Below are positions 53,244-63,318 of a stretch of DNA of 64,000 nucleotides, piece by piece. A model generated the notes under the pieces. The model made no database searches. It was not told the origin of the DNA and saw only the letters and a program-made list of their open reading frames with translations. The stretch is taken from assembly GCA_002070955.1 (NCBI GenBank), contig MWEK01000002.1, positions 27,956 through 91,955 on the forward strand, written 5' to 3'. The position numbers and the translations under genes are program-made. This DNA comes from Planctomycetes bacterium ADurb.Bin069 (GTDB lineage: Bacteria; Planctomycetota; UBA8108; UBA8890; UBA8898). The number at the start of each line of letters is the position of its first letter. The stretch's first letter is position 1.

Positions 53244-54029
53244 ATGGAAACGGGCCGCAAGATAATGAACCTTCGTCTGGATCTCAGGATCACCCAGCGC
53301 GACATGGCAGCCAAGTGCCGCATCTCGCCCGGATCGCTCTCGAAGATCGAGACGGGAACCCATCGCCCGTCCTCCTCCACGCTGCACACCATCGCCAGGG
53401 TGCTGGGCACTTCCGCCGATTACTTGCTCGACGAAGCCGCCCCGTATCCTCCTCCGAGGCCGTCGGCGCGCACCGCGGCCGAAGGCGGCGACCCGTTCCA
53501 GAAGGTGCGCGCGGAGATCACGCGCGAGGAACTGTGGCTCCTGGAGAACCTCAAGAGCCGCGGCGCGTACTGGTGCGAGGCGGCGTTAGCGCTGCCCGCC
53601 GCCGACGTGGAGACCATCAGGCTGGTGCGGTATCTGCTGCAACGCGCTCAATTCGCGGGGGCGCGGGAGGCCGAAGCCGCCGCCGCGCCGAAGGCCGTCC
53701 GGCCGCCGGGTCGCGCCGGCGGTAGCCGCGGGTCGCCGCAGGCCGCCCGCGGGCGGCGTGTCACTGCTTGCCCTTCGGCGCCGACTCCCGCGGCGCGGCC
53801 GTCCCGCCCAGCCGGAAGACGCCGTGGAAGGCGGTTTCGTTCTGCGGATCGAGGCGCAGCGCCGCGCGGTAGTGACGCAGCGCCGAGTCCGCGTCGCCCC
53901 TACGTTCCAACACGCGGGCGAGCGCGATCTGGAGATTCGCGTCCGTGGAATCCTGCGCCGCCGCCTCGCGCGCCCGCGCCTCGGCCTTGTCGAGCTCTCC
54001 CTGGATCAGGTGAATCCGCACGAGGTTGA
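53244..54029 (+). CDS. XRE-family helix-turn-helix regulator
   Basis: LRITQRDMAAKCRISPGSLSKIETGTHRPSSSTLHTIARVLGTSADYLL. The last roughly 90 codons are low-complexity and overlap the convergent TPR gene, so the true 3' end is uncertain. Confidence 0.6.
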   Translation: METGRKIMNLRLDLRITQRDMAAKCRISPGSLSKIETGTHRPSSSTLHTIARVLGTSADYLLDEAAPYPPPRPSARTAAEGGDPFQKVRAEITREELWLLENLKSRGAYWCEAALALPAADVETIRLVRYLLQRAQFAGAREAEAAAAPKAVRPPGRAGGSRGSPQAARGRRVTACPSAPTPAARPSRPAGRRRGRRFRSADRGAAPRGSDAAPSPRRPYVPTRGRARSGDSRPWNPAPPPRAPAPRPCRALPGSGESARG

Positions 54030-55779
54030 TGGCGAACGCCTTCCTGCTTCCGGCCAGGGATTCCCGCAGCGCCTTGAGGCTCTGCAGGTAGTCGCGGCGG
54101 CTGAACGCGGCCTCGCTCCCGGCGGCATCGGATCCGGCCGGCGCGACGACGAGCTCCTTCTCGTAGGCGGCCGCGGCCTGCAAACCCGCCTCGCAGGCCG
54201 CTTCGGCCTGGGCGAGAAGCTCCTTCCGGCGCGCATCCGACAAATCTTCGTTCAAGAGCGCCCACTCGTAGTAGTCGTCTCCCAGGGCGGTGTAGGCTTC
54301 GATATAGTGCCGCCTGTTCTCGATGGCGCGCTTGAACCATTCCGCGGCGCTCTTGTAGTCGCCGAGCTCGCGCCGGAGGGCACCGAGGTGGTACATCGCG
54401 AAGGCGTACAGATCGTCGGTCGCATCGGGATGCCGGCCCGCAACCACGTTTTCGAGACAGGCCGCGGCCTCCGCCGGTTTGCGCTGGTGGCGATACAGGA
54501 GGATGCCCAGGCTCAATCCCGCCCTGGCGTACGACGGGTCTTCAGCCAGCGCCCGGCGGAACGATGCCTCCGCCTCGGCGTACTCCTCCTTCGCCGTCTG
54601 CTCCGCGCCGCGCTCCCAGTACTGGACGGCCCGCGCGCGCTGCGGCGTAACCTGGGGCGTGCTCGACGTCATCGCCCTGGCGCGCTCCATGATCACTTCG
54701 CGGTGCGCGAGCCACCAGGCCTGGTAACGCTCCTGCGCCTGGCGCCGCGCGGCGGCCGGCGCGCCCTCGGCCGGAAGATAGTTTTCGCCCGTGTAGGCTT
54801 CGAGCTTCTCCCGGGCCAGCGCGCGCAAGCCGGGGTCGTCCTCCCCAAGGGCGGAGATCAGGCAGGGGATGCCGATGTGGAGGCCGTTCTCGCCCAAAGC
54901 CACGGCCAGCGCCAGCGCCAGGGCTCCATCGGCGCGATTGAAAGCGTCGATCATCTCCCGGTAGCGGTTGAGTCGCCGCAGAAGCTCCACGCAGAACGAA
55001 CGCACCGCCGGGTCGGCCTCGGGATCCTCCAGCGTGAACACGACCAGCGGCACGGCTTCCGCCGGGGCGACGAGCAGCGCCGCCTTGAGCGCATCGATGC
55101 GCGTGTCCGGCTGCGGCGCCTCGATTTCCTCGTAAATCTCCGGAAGCTCCTTGTCCAGTTCGTCGCCCACGAGCTTCCTCAGTTCGTACGCCCTGAGCAC
55201 GGCGCGGATGCGCCGGGCCGCCTCGCCGGGGGCGGTCCTCGCCGCATCTTCCAGGAATCCCACCGCAAAAATCCCCAGACCGCGCAGTTCCTTTTCGGCG
55301 GCATCCGCTTCGGCGCCGCCCCGGCCTAGGCGCTCGACGAGGGCGGCGATCCGGGCCGCTAGCTCCTCCGGGTCGGCGGAGGGACGCTCGGCGGCGCCCT
55401 CCCCGCGGGGGATGATCCGGACGACTTCCTCCTTGGGATAGGAGGCCTCGACCACGCCCGGCACGCTCACGATGATGCGCTTCCCGTCGGGCGATTCGCG
55501 CACCTCTCCCGCGATGCGCCGTCCGCCTCTCAGCTCGATGCGCGCGCTGTCCAAGTTCTCGTCGGGTTCGAGGCGACCGAGCTGGATGCGCGCGATGTCG
55601 CGCTTGGCGATTCGATCGGTCGCCCGCGGCATCTCGAGCTCGATATAGTTGCGGCCCTGGTCGCGGATTCGGCCCGTGCGCACGGCGCCGGAACGCAGCA
55701 CAACGCGGTCCTCGGCTCCCGCGAAGGCGCCGAGAGCGATGCTCAGCCCGACCACCCACCACCCTGCGGCTTTCGTCAT
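53761..55779 (-). CDS. exported TPR-repeat protein (672 aa)
   Basis: ATG 55779 with signal MTKAAGWWVVGLSIALGAFAGA. Two N-terminal copies of the recurrent L-R-x-G module. HEAT/TPR-like middle. C-terminal TPRs (YAEAEASFRRALAEDPSYARA..., ALRHYRAALRLDPQNE). Confidence 0.7.
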   Translation of the reverse strand: MTKAAGWWVVGLSIALGAFAGAEDRVVLRSGAVRTGRIRDQGRNYIELEMPRATDRIAKRDIARIQLGRLEPDENLDSARIELRGGRRIAGEVRESPDGKRIIVSVPGVVEASYPKEEVVRIIPRGEGAAERPSADPEELAARIAALVERLGRGGAEADAAEKELRGLGIFAVGFLEDAARTAPGEAARRIRAVLRAYELRKLVGDELDKELPEIYEEIEAPQPDTRIDALKAALLVAPAEAVPLVVFTLEDPEADPAVRSFCVELLRRLNRYREMIDAFNRADGALALALAVALGENGLHIGIPCLISALGEDDPGLRALAREKLEAYTGENYLPAEGAPAAARRQAQERYQAWWLAHREVIMERARAMTSSTPQVTPQRARAVQYWERGAEQTAKEEYAEAEASFRRALAEDPSYARAGLSLGILLYRHQRKPAEAAACLENVVAGRHPDATDDLYAFAMYHLGALRRELGDYKSAAEWFKRAIENRRHYIEAYTALGDDYYEWALLNEDLSDARRKELLAQAEAACEAGLQAAAAYEKELVVAPAGSDAAGSEAAFSRRDYLQSLKALRESLAGSRKAFAINLVRIHLIQGELDKAEARAREAAAQDSTDANLQIALARVLERRGDADSALRHYRAALRLDPQNETAFHGVFRLGGTAAPRESAPKGKQ

Positions 55780-55991
55780 GGTTTCACGGTCTCCCGGGAT
55801 GCGCGGCAGCGCGCAGCCTTCCGGCGACGCGCCTCCTAATTATCGTGTCTGGGAGGAGCGGATACAACATTCCTCCGCCGCGCTCTGTCCCCGGGCCTCG
55901 CCAGGGCCTATAATCTCCCTTCCGCTTTCGCCGTGGCTTCCACGGACAAGTCCGGCCGGCCCGCGGCCGGGGACCGTTATCGGAGGAATGC

Positions 55992-56981
55992 ATGAGCCTA
56001 CCCCCCATCATCCGCGTGGCGGAGATCGAGCGCGGCGCCATCGTCGACGGCCTTCTCATGGTCGATGCCGCCAATTTCAAGCAGACCAAGAACGGCAAGC
56101 CCTTCATGCAGCTCGTCCTTCGCGACCAGAGCGGGAAGATCCGGGCGCTGAAGTGGGACGCGGACCGCGACCTGTACCGCTCCATTCGCGTGAGCGACGT
56201 CGTCGCCGTCAGAGGCCGCGCGGAGGAGTATCAGGGCAGCCCGCAGCTCATCCTCGATGACATCAGGGTCGTGCCCAGGGATGCCATCCCGTCCAAGGCG
56301 TTCATTCCGAAGGGAAACGCGGACACCGCCGAGCTGTGGGAGACGCTGCACCGCGCGGTAATGGATGTAGCCAACCCGGGCCTGCGGCGCCTCCTGGAGA
56401 GTTTTCTCAAGGATCCCGAGATCGCCGAGGGGCTGCGGTCCTGGCCGGCGGGGCGCACGCTCCACCATGCGCATCGCGGCGGGCTGCTGGAGCACATCGT
56501 GAGCATCATCGGCGCCGCGAAGCACCTGGCCAGGCACTGGCCGCAGCTCGACATCGATCTGCTGACCGCGGGCGCGATCCTGCACGATATCGGCAAGCTC
56601 AAGGAGCTTTCGTTGGATCACAGCATCGAGTACACGGACCGCGGCCAGCTCGTCGGGCACGTGGGCATCGCGCTGCAGATGCTCCACGAGAAACGCAAGG
56701 AAGCGCCGGACCTCGTCCCCGAGACGCTGCTCGAAATCGAGCACCTCATCGTCAGTCACCACGGGAAGACCGAGTACGGCGCGCTGCGCGAACCCATGAC
56801 CGCGGAGGCGATCGCCCTGCATTTCCTGGACAATATGGACGCGCGCTTGGCGGCGTACTTCGCCCTCGCGGGCGAGGAGGAGCCGGGCCCTTACGGCGAG
56901 AGCTGGACGGACTACCACCCGCTTTTCGGCACGCGGCTCTACAAGCCGGGGCGGATTCGCGCGCCGCGGCGGGCCGAGTGA
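55992..56981 (+). CDS. yhaM: 3'-5' exoribonuclease YhaM-like (OB fold plus HD domain)
   Basis: OB part is KNGKPFMQLVLRDQSGKIRALKWD. HD part is HHAHRGGLLEH...ILHDIGK...SHHG. Confidence 0.8.
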   Translation: MSLPPIIRVAEIERGAIVDGLLMVDAANFKQTKNGKPFMQLVLRDQSGKIRALKWDADRDLYRSIRVSDVVAVRGRAEEYQGSPQLILDDIRVVPRDAIPSKAFIPKGNADTAELWETLHRAVMDVANPGLRRLLESFLKDPEIAEGLRSWPAGRTLHHAHRGGLLEHIVSIIGAAKHLARHWPQLDIDLLTAGAILHDIGKLKELSLDHSIEYTDRGQLVGHVGIALQMLHEKRKEAPDLVPETLLEIEHLIVSHHGKTEYGALREPMTAEAIALHFLDNMDARLAAYFALAGEEEPGPYGESWTDYHPLFGTRLYKPGRIRAPRRAE

Positions 56982-56988
56982 GGCGGCG

Positions 56989-57014
56989 GCGCGGGCGGCC
57001 GCGTCCGCCCGCGC
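56989..57014. terminator. GC hairpin between convergent yhaM-like and dapA genes
   Basis: 10-bp stem GCGCGGGCGG/CCGCCCGCGC with a 6-nt loop. There is no clear U-tract on either strand. Confidence 0.35.
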
Positions 57015-57018
57015 GACG

Positions 57019-57933
57019 TCACTCCGCCCCCGCGGGGGGCGCGTCCTCCCCGCCGGGAAAGAGATCGAGCTCCAAGCCGACCTCGGCGATCGCCTGCCTG
57101 AGCGTCTCCTCGCTCTTGGGCTGGAGCTTGTAGAGGGGCAGCCTGACCTCATCGCTCACCACGCCGCCGAGGGCCAGGGCGCGCTTGACGGGCACCGGGT
57201 TGACCTCCACGAAGAGCGCGCGAAAGAGGGGGAACAAGCGGTAAAAAATCTTGCGGGCCTCGGCGATGCGGCCCTCCCTGAAGAGATCGACAAGATCGGC
57301 CATCGACCGCGGCACGACGTTCGCCGCCACCGAGATGACGCCGACGCCGCCCAGCGCCATTACGGGCAGCGTGAGCGCATCGTCCCCCGCGAGCACTTCC
57401 AGGTCCGTCCCGCCGAGGATCTCGGCCGCCAGGTCCAGCCGGCCGCTGGCCTCCTTCACCGCGACGACGTTCTCGTGCTGCGCGAGCCGCGCGAACGTGG
57501 CCGGCTCGATGGAGACGCCCGTGCGCGACGGGATGTTGTACAAGATGAGGGGCAGGGAGACGCTGTCGGCGATGGCCATGAAGTGGCGGTACAGCCCCTC
57601 CTGGCTCGGGCGGTTGTAGTACGGCGCGATGAGCAGCGCCCCGTCGGCGCCGCTGTCCTGCGCGTGCTTCGTCAGCCGCACCGCCTCCTGGGTCGAATTC
57701 GACCCGGTTCCCGCGATGACGGGCACGCGGCCGTTCGTGCGCTCGACGACGAGCTCGACGACTTTCTGGTGCTCGGCGTGGGAGAGCGTGGCCGACTCCC
57801 CCGTGGTCCCGCAGGGAACCAGGCCGTGCGTGCCCGCCGCGATGTGCATCTCGACGAGCCTCTCGAGCGCCGCCGCATCGACGGCGCCTTCGCGAAAAGG
57901 CGTCACCAGGGCAACGATTGATCCGCGAAACAT
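57019..57933 (-). CDS. dapA: 4-hydroxy-tetrahydrodipicolinate synthase
   Basis: MFRGSIVALVTPF..., GLVPCGTTGESATLS, YNIPSRTG. Start moved to ATG 57933. Confidence 0.9.
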   Translation of the reverse strand: MFRGSIVALVTPFREGAVDAAALERLVEMHIAAGTHGLVPCGTTGESATLSHAEHQKVVELVVERTNGRVPVIAGTGSNSTQEAVRLTKHAQDSGADGALLIAPYYNRPSQEGLYRHFMAIADSVSLPLILYNIPSRTGVSIEPATFARLAQHENVVAVKEASGRLDLAAEILGGTDLEVLAGDDALTLPVMALGGVGVISVAANVVPRSMADLVDLFREGRIAEARKIFYRLFPLFRALFVEVNPVPVKRALALGGVVSDEVRLPLYKLQPKSEETLRQAIAEVGLELDLFPGGEDAPPAGAE

Positions 57934-58039
57934 ACTCTCGCTCCCGATTCGCACGGCCTCTCCGCGGAGGAGGGCAAAGGACCAGAAGGGATTATAGGCG
58001 CCGGCCGGGCGAACCGCCAGGCGCCGGCGGCGGGCGCCC

Positions 58040-59206
58040 TCACTCCTCCCTGGCCGGCGCCGGGACGAGCCGGTAGAAGATCGTCCCCGTGCCTTTGGCG
58101 CCGCCCGGGGCGGCATCGGCCTCCTGGAGCCTCACCCCCGCCGGGATCAGGCGCTGGTCCCACTTGAACTCCGTCAACGACAGCGGCCACGGTTCGCCCG
58201 CCCTTTTGGTGGGATCGACGACGAAGTACAGGCCGAACTCGGGCTTGTCCCGGTTGGCCATGATCTGCTCGAGCTCCTGCGTCGTGCCGACGAACTTGAC
58301 CGTGACGTGGGAGCGGTCGCACAGCACCGCGACGGGCCGGTCGCCCTGGGCCGCGAGGGGCACCTTGGCCCAAAGGTTCACCTCGAGCTGCCGCGAGTCG
58401 GTCGGCTCGGGCTCGAAGAACACCGTGACGCGCACCATGCGCGTCGTGCCCGCCAGCGGTTGACCGCGTTCATCCACGAACACCGACGCGTTCAAATCCC
58501 CCTTAGGGTACTCCAGGCGCGCGGCCGTCTCCCCGGTCCAGGAGAGATCCTGCGTCCCCACGTCCTCCAGGGCCACTTCGTCGGTGACGATGCGGCAGTT
58601 CTGCAGGTAGTACTCGGCGCCCCGCACGCCCAGCGCCGCCGGCTCGATCTCGGGCTCCCGCGTCGTGCTCAGCCTGAGCGGCGGCGGCGGCCGCCCTTTG
58701 ATGGCCGGCGTCCCCACGGGTAGCTTCTTGACCACCACCCGGGAGAGCTGGAAGTGGAGCACGCTGGGCGTGATCGTCTCCTCGACCACGCGCAGCGACT
58801 GCACCGGCGGCACGAGCAGCCGCCCCGTGAGCCGTTCCTGGCCCATCCGGTAGCCCTCGCTCTGGTAGCAGTCCTCCGGCCGCACGAGGAGCACCTTGTC
58901 CCACTCGCTCCACCGGAACGAGTTCACGTCCTGCTGCGGGCCGGTGACGGACAATTTGACCTTGACCGCCTCCCGCTGATCGATGTCCGCCTCCAGCTCC
59001 CGCGCCGACCACAGCCGGACGATCTGCCATTCCTCGCCGCTGGCGCTCGTCGTGTCCATGCGGACGTAGAGGGTCATTTCGCCCGTTTCCGAAACGGTGA
59101 TCTGGTTGTTCCAGGCGAAATACCAGATCGTGACGGCGAAGAAGAGGGCGATGCCCTTGTTCTTCAGATCCCGCGTGAAGATGCCCGCCAGGTCGTGAAG
59201 CTTCAT
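58040..59206 (-). CDS. YbbR-domain protein (CdaR-like regulator of CdaA)
   Basis: ATG 59206 overlaps the cdaA stop as ATGA. N-terminal TM (GIALFFAVTIWYFAW) followed by repeated beta-rich modules. Its position right after cdaA is the canonical cdaA-cdaR arrangement. Confidence 0.7.
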   Translation of the reverse strand: MKLHDLAGIFTRDLKNKGIALFFAVTIWYFAWNNQITVSETGEMTLYVRMDTTSASGEEWQIVRLWSARELEADIDQREAVKVKLSVTGPQQDVNSFRWSEWDKVLLVRPEDCYQSEGYRMGQERLTGRLLVPPVQSLRVVEETITPSVLHFQLSRVVVKKLPVGTPAIKGRPPPPLRLSTTREPEIEPAALGVRGAEYYLQNCRIVTDEVALEDVGTQDLSWTGETAARLEYPKGDLNASVFVDERGQPLAGTTRMVRVTVFFEPEPTDSRQLEVNLWAKVPLAAQGDRPVAVLCDRSHVTVKFVGTTQELEQIMANRDKPEFGLYFVVDPTKRAGEPWPLSLTEFKWDQRLIPAGVRLQEADAAPGGAKGTGTIFYRLVPAPAREE

Positions 59207-60012
59207 GAGGACCTCGTCTTGTGCGCCTCCTGCTGCTCGTGGACGTAGAGCTCGCGCAGCCGCGTCTCGAGCTGCCGGGGCTCGAACCCGCGTTCCAGCT
59301 CGCCGCCCACCGCCAGGGAGATGATCCCCGTCTCCTCGGACACGATCACGCAGATGGCGTCGGTCTCCTCCGTGATCCCGATGCCGGCGCGGTGCCGCGT
59401 GCCGATCTGCGGATCCAGGGCGGGGTTGTCCGTGAAGGGGAAGAGGCAGCCGGCCGCCGCGATCCGCCCTCCTTGCAGCACCACGGCGCCGTCGTGAAGC
59501 TCGGTTCCGGGATAGAAGATCGTCAGCACGAGCTCGCTCCGAACCTCGGCATCGAGGATGACGCCGCGCTCCACGTACCCGCTGAGATCCACGTCGCGCT
59601 CGAACGCGACGAGCGCGCCGATCTTGTTCTTGGAGAGCCGGCCGACCGCGCCCACGATTTCCTCGACGATATCCACCCGGCCCCGCATGAAAACGCCCAG
59701 GAAAGGCGTCTGCCCCAGCTTGGCCAGGGCCCGCCGCAACTCCGGCTGGAAGATCACGATGAGGGCGGTGATCGCCGCGCCGCCCGCGAAGTGCAGAATC
59801 AGCCGGACCTGCTCCAGGTTCCACCAGCGCGCGAGAATCGACACCGCGAGCAGCACGAAGAGAACGAAAAACGCCACCCCTTTGAGCACGCCCGCGCCGC
59901 GGCTGCCCTCGGTGAAGCGCAAGAACGCGTAGATGATCGCGTACAGCAGCAGCACCTCGAGGAGGTGCTCCCAGCGCAGGAAGGGCCGAACGAACTCAAT
60001 CAACGCATCCAT
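59203..60012 (-). CDS. cdaA: diadenylate cyclase CdaA (c-di-AMP synthase)
   Basis: Three N-terminal TMs and a DisA_N domain with DGAVVL and TRHRAGIGITEETDAICVIVSEETG (DGA and RHR motifs). Confidence 0.9.
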   Translation of the reverse strand: MDALIEFVRPFLRWEHLLEVLLLYAIIYAFLRFTEGSRGAGVLKGVAFFVLFVLLAVSILARWWNLEQVRLILHFAGGAAITALIVIFQPELRRALAKLGQTPFLGVFMRGRVDIVEEIVGAVGRLSKNKIGALVAFERDVDLSGYVERGVILDAEVRSELVLTIFYPGTELHDGAVVLQGGRIAAAGCLFPFTDNPALDPQIGTRHRAGIGITEETDAICVIVSEETGIISLAVGGELERGFEPRQLETRLRELYVHEQQEAHKTRSS

Positions 60013-60829
60013 GCGCGCTCACCGCATCGAATTCCTCCGCGGCCTCCGCGATGGCGCGGACCATGCGGACGCAGTCCCGCGCCGCCGCCGCGTCGTGCAC
60101 CCGCAGGTACGCCGCGCCGCCCAGCAGCGCCCACGCGTGCGCGGCGCAGGTCCCGAACTCGCGAGCCTCGACCGGACGCCCCGTCACCGCGCCGATGAAC
60201 GACTTGCGCGACGCCCCGACCATGACCGGGAGGCCCAAAGCCCCGAAGCGGCGCAGGTCCCGCAGGAGGCGCAGGTTGTCCGACACGCGCTTTCCGAAGC
60301 CCAAGCCCGGGTCCACGATGAGGCGCCCGCGCGCGATGCCGGCCTCCTCGGCGGCGCGCACGCGCTCCCCGAGGAAAGCCAGGATTTCGCCCACGACGTC
60401 GTCGTAGCGCACGTCGCGCTGCATGTCCCGCGGCGTCCCGCGCATGTGCATGAGGACGACGCGGCAGTCCGCGCCGGCCAGCATCTCCGCCATGCGGGGG
60501 TCGCCCCGCAGCGCCGTCACATCGTTGATCATGACGGCGCCGCGCGCCAACGCCGCCCGCGCCACCGCCGCCTTCGATGTGTCCACCGCGAGGGGCGCAT
60601 CGACCCGACCGGCGAGGGCCTCCATCGCCGCCGTGACGCGTCGCAGCTCCTCTTCCGGCGCCACGGGCGGCGCGCCCGGACGCGTCGACTCGCCGCCGAT
60701 CTCGATGCAGTCGGCGCCGCCCTGAGCGAGGCGCTCGGCGGCCGCGACCTGCGCGGCGGCGCCCTCGTGCCGCCCCCCGTCCGAGAACGAGTCCGGCGTC
60801 ACGTTCAGGACCCCGACGATGCGCGGCAT
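59996..60829 (-). CDS. folP: dihydropteroate synthase
   Basis: IVGVLNVTPDSFSDGG, DIGGESTRPG, MINDVT, DPGLGFGK. Start is ATG 60829 (alternative ATG 60844). The 3' end overlaps cdaA by 17 nt. Confidence 0.9.
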   Translation of the reverse strand: MPRIVGVLNVTPDSFSDGGRHEGAAAQVAAAERLAQGGADCIEIGGESTRPGAPPVAPEEELRRVTAAMEALAGRVDAPLAVDTSKAAVARAALARGAVMINDVTALRGDPRMAEMLAGADCRVVLMHMRGTPRDMQRDVRYDDVVGEILAFLGERVRAAEEAGIARGRLIVDPGLGFGKRVSDNLRLLRDLRRFGALGLPVMVGASRKSFIGAVTGRPVEAREFGTCAAHAWALLGGAAYLRVHDAAAARDCVRMVRAIAEAAEEFDAVSAHGCVD

Positions 60830-60874
60830 CCGATCGCCTTCCATGCCGTCTCCCCGCGCGGCTCCTTCGCGCCG

Positions 60875-62806
60875 CTATGCCTGGGGCGCGGAGGAGCCCT
60901 CGCCCCCGCGCGCCTGCTCTTCCTCCGCCACGAGCACGCCCAGCTCCTCCCCGCTCAGCACCTCGCGCTTCAGGAGCTCCGCCGCGATCCGGTGTACGGC
61001 GCCCTCGTGCTCCTTGACGATGGCGCGGGCGCGCTCGTAGCACTGCCGCGAAAGGGCGCGCACCTCGGTGTCGATCTCCTCGTTGAGCTTCTCGCTGTGG
61101 TTGCGCGTGCGCGCGATCTCGCGGCCGAGGAAGAGATGCTCCTCGGTCTCCGTGAAGCTCAGGGGGCCGAGGCTCTCGCTCATCCCCAGCTCGCACACCA
61201 CCAGCCGCAGGAGCTCGGTCGCCCGGCGGATATCCTCCCGCGCGCCGCTGGTCACATCGCCGCAGAACAGCTCCTCGGCCACGCGCCCTCCGTAAGTGAC
61301 GCACACGTCGCCCAGGATGCGCCGCCGGCTCATGTGGTAGCGATCGTGCTCGGGAAGCTGCATCGTGGCGCCCAAGGCCATGCCCCGGGGGATGATCGTG
61401 ACCTTGTGGAGCGGCTCCACCTCGGGCAGGCAATGCGCCACGAGGGCGTGCCCGGCCTCGTGGTAGGCCGTGATGCGGCGGTCATCCTCCAGCATCACCA
61501 TGCGCTTCTGCCGGCCCCAGCGGATCTTGTCGCGCGCCTCCTCCATGTCCGCGGTGGTGACGAACTCCCGGTCGCGCATGGCGGCCTGGATGGCCGCTTC
61601 GTTGACCACGGCGGCGAGCTCCGCGCCGCTGAAGGTGGGCGTCGCCCGGGCGAGGCGTTTCAGATCGAGATCCGGGCCGGTCTTCACCTTGCCGGTGTGC
61701 ACCTTGAGGATCTCCTCGCGGCCCTTCACATCCGGCAGGTCGATGACGATCTCGCGGTCGAAGCGCCCGGGCCTGAGAAGGGCCGGGTCCAGCACGTCGG
61801 GACGGTTCGTCGCCGCGACGATGATGATGCCCTCGTCGGACTCGAAGCCGTCCATCTCCACCAAGATCGCGTTGAGAGTCTGCTCGCGCTCGTCGTGTCC
61901 GCCGCCCAGCCCCGTGCCGCGCCTCCGGCCCACCGCATCGATCTCGTCCAGGAAGATGATGCACGGAGAGTTCTCGCGGGCCTGTTTGAAGAGATCGCGC
62001 ACCCGCGACGCGCCGACTCCGACGAACATCTCGACGAAGTCCGACCCGCAGATGCTGAAGAACGGCACGTTGGCCTCCCCCGCGATGGCCTTGGCCAGCA
62101 GCGTCTTCCCCGTGCCCGGGGGGCCGACGAGCACCACGCCGCGCGGCACGCGCCCGCCGAGACGCTGGAACTTGCCCGGGTTCTTGAGGAACTCGATGAT
62201 CTCCCGGACCTCTTCTTTCGCCTCCTCGATGCCGGCCACATCGGCGAAGGTGATCTTCGACATCTCCTTGCTGACGAGGCGCGCGCGGCTCTTGCCGAAG
62301 GACAGCACGCCGCCGCCGGCCCCGGGCGCCCTGAACAGGCGCGTGACGATGTAGAAGAACAAGATGAACAGGATCAGGGCGGGGATGTAGGGCAGGAGCG
62401 TCTTCAGATTGAACTCGGGCTCCGCCGTCTGGAAGCTCAACGTCACCGGAGCGCCCCGCTCCATGTCCTCCGCCATCACTTTCGCGGCGGCATCGTAGAG
62501 GCGTCGATCGAACTCGGCGTTCGGGGAGATGAATTGGAGCGGCCGGCGCGCCGCGTCGGCGTAGATCACCCGGAAGACCGTGGGCGCGAACTGCTCGCGG
62601 TACTGGACGATCTCCTTGACCGCGCGGGCCTCCACCTCGCCGAGCAGGCTTTCGGGATCGGAGAGTTTCTCGGCCTTCCCCCCCGTGCGGGAGAGCGCCA
62701 TGAAGAGAAAGATCACGGCAATGACGGTCACGATCCAGAAGAGCATCTGCGGCGGACGCACGCCATCCCTGCCCTCGCTTTTGGCCGGCTTGCGTTCTTC
62801 GCTCAT
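60875..62806 (-). CDS. ftsH: ATP-dependent zinc metalloprotease FtsH
   Basis: Two TMs, [27 protein letters not shown], the SRH region and zinc motif HEAGHAL. Confidence 0.95.
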   Translation of the reverse strand: MSEERKPAKSEGRDGVRPPQMLFWIVTVIAVIFLFMALSRTGGKAEKLSDPESLLGEVEARAVKEIVQYREQFAPTVFRVIYADAARRPLQFISPNAEFDRRLYDAAAKVMAEDMERGAPVTLSFQTAEPEFNLKTLLPYIPALILFILFFYIVTRLFRAPGAGGGVLSFGKSRARLVSKEMSKITFADVAGIEEAKEEVREIIEFLKNPGKFQRLGGRVPRGVVLVGPPGTGKTLLAKAIAGEANVPFFSICGSDFVEMFVGVGASRVRDLFKQARENSPCIIFLDEIDAVGRRRGTGLGGGHDEREQTLNAILVEMDGFESDEGIIIVAATNRPDVLDPALLRPGRFDREIVIDLPDVKGREEILKVHTGKVKTGPDLDLKRLARATPTFSGAELAAVVNEAAIQAAMRDREFVTTADMEEARDKIRWGRQKRMVMLEDDRRITAYHEAGHALVAHCLPEVEPLHKVTIIPRGMALGATMQLPEHDRYHMSRRRILGDVCVTYGGRVAEELFCGDVTSGAREDIRRATELLRLVVCELGMSESLGPLSFTETEEHLFLGREIARTRNHSEKLNEEIDTEVRALSRQCYERARAIVKEHEGAVHRIAAELLKREVLSGEELGVLVAEEEQARGGEGSSAPQA

Positions 62807-63318
62807 GGCTCATCCCAGGTATTCAGGACTTCGGCGAGGATCCGATCGGCCAGACGACGGACGATGTCGCGGCGGGCCGCCTCGAACCCGGCGTCCGCCC
62901 GGAAGGTGAAGCGGTCGTGAAGGGTGTCGTTGAAGAACACCTCGGCGTCCGGGCCTCCGACTCGGCGGAAATCCACATGAACGGCAAGCTCCGCGTGGGC
63001 GTACACAGGCCGGTCCAGGCGGTCCTCGGCCACGACGTTTTGGCGGTAGGACTTGATCGTAACGCGCAGGGCGGCGTCGGCGTCGGCCGCGTCCGTCACC
63101 GGAATGCACGGGCTCTGCATCTCGATCCGCCGCCGGAGCTCACGTGTCATGTCGTACTCGATCTCGCGCTCGTACGGAAAGGTCTCGTTGACCGCGAACG
63201 GCACCAGGATGCGGCTCACGCCGGGCGGCGGCACGACGCCCACCGTGTAGCAGCCGGCAGCCCCGAGGGCGGCCCAGACGGCGGCTCCCGCCGTTGCCGC
63301 GCGCGCAAGCCTTCGCAT
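62803..63318 (-). CDS. LptE-like outer-membrane lipoprotein
   Basis: ATG 63318 (or GTG 63321). WAALGAAGCYTV gives a lipobox. ILVPFAVNETFPYEREIEYDMTRELRRRI...ADAALRVTIKSY fits the LptE-family pattern. The stop overlaps the ftsH start as ATGA. Confidence 0.5.
   Translation of the reverse strand: MRRLARAATAGAAVWAALGAAGCYTVGVVPPPGVSRILVPFAVNETFPYEREIEYDMTRELRRRIEMQSPCIPVTDAADADAALRVTIKSYRQNVVAEDRLDRPVYAHAELAVHVDFRRVGGPDAEVFFNDTLHDRFTFRADAGFEAARRDIVRRLADRILAEVLNTWDEP

Noticed and set aside
57991-58020. Perfect TATAAT (minus strand, 57996-57991) upstream of dapA as a promoter feature.
   Set aside because: The best -35 candidates (CTGGCG or TGGCGG at 18 or 17 nt) are poor. I left it out of the feature list. 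It remains a plausible internal promoter separating dapA from the cdaA-cdaR genes.
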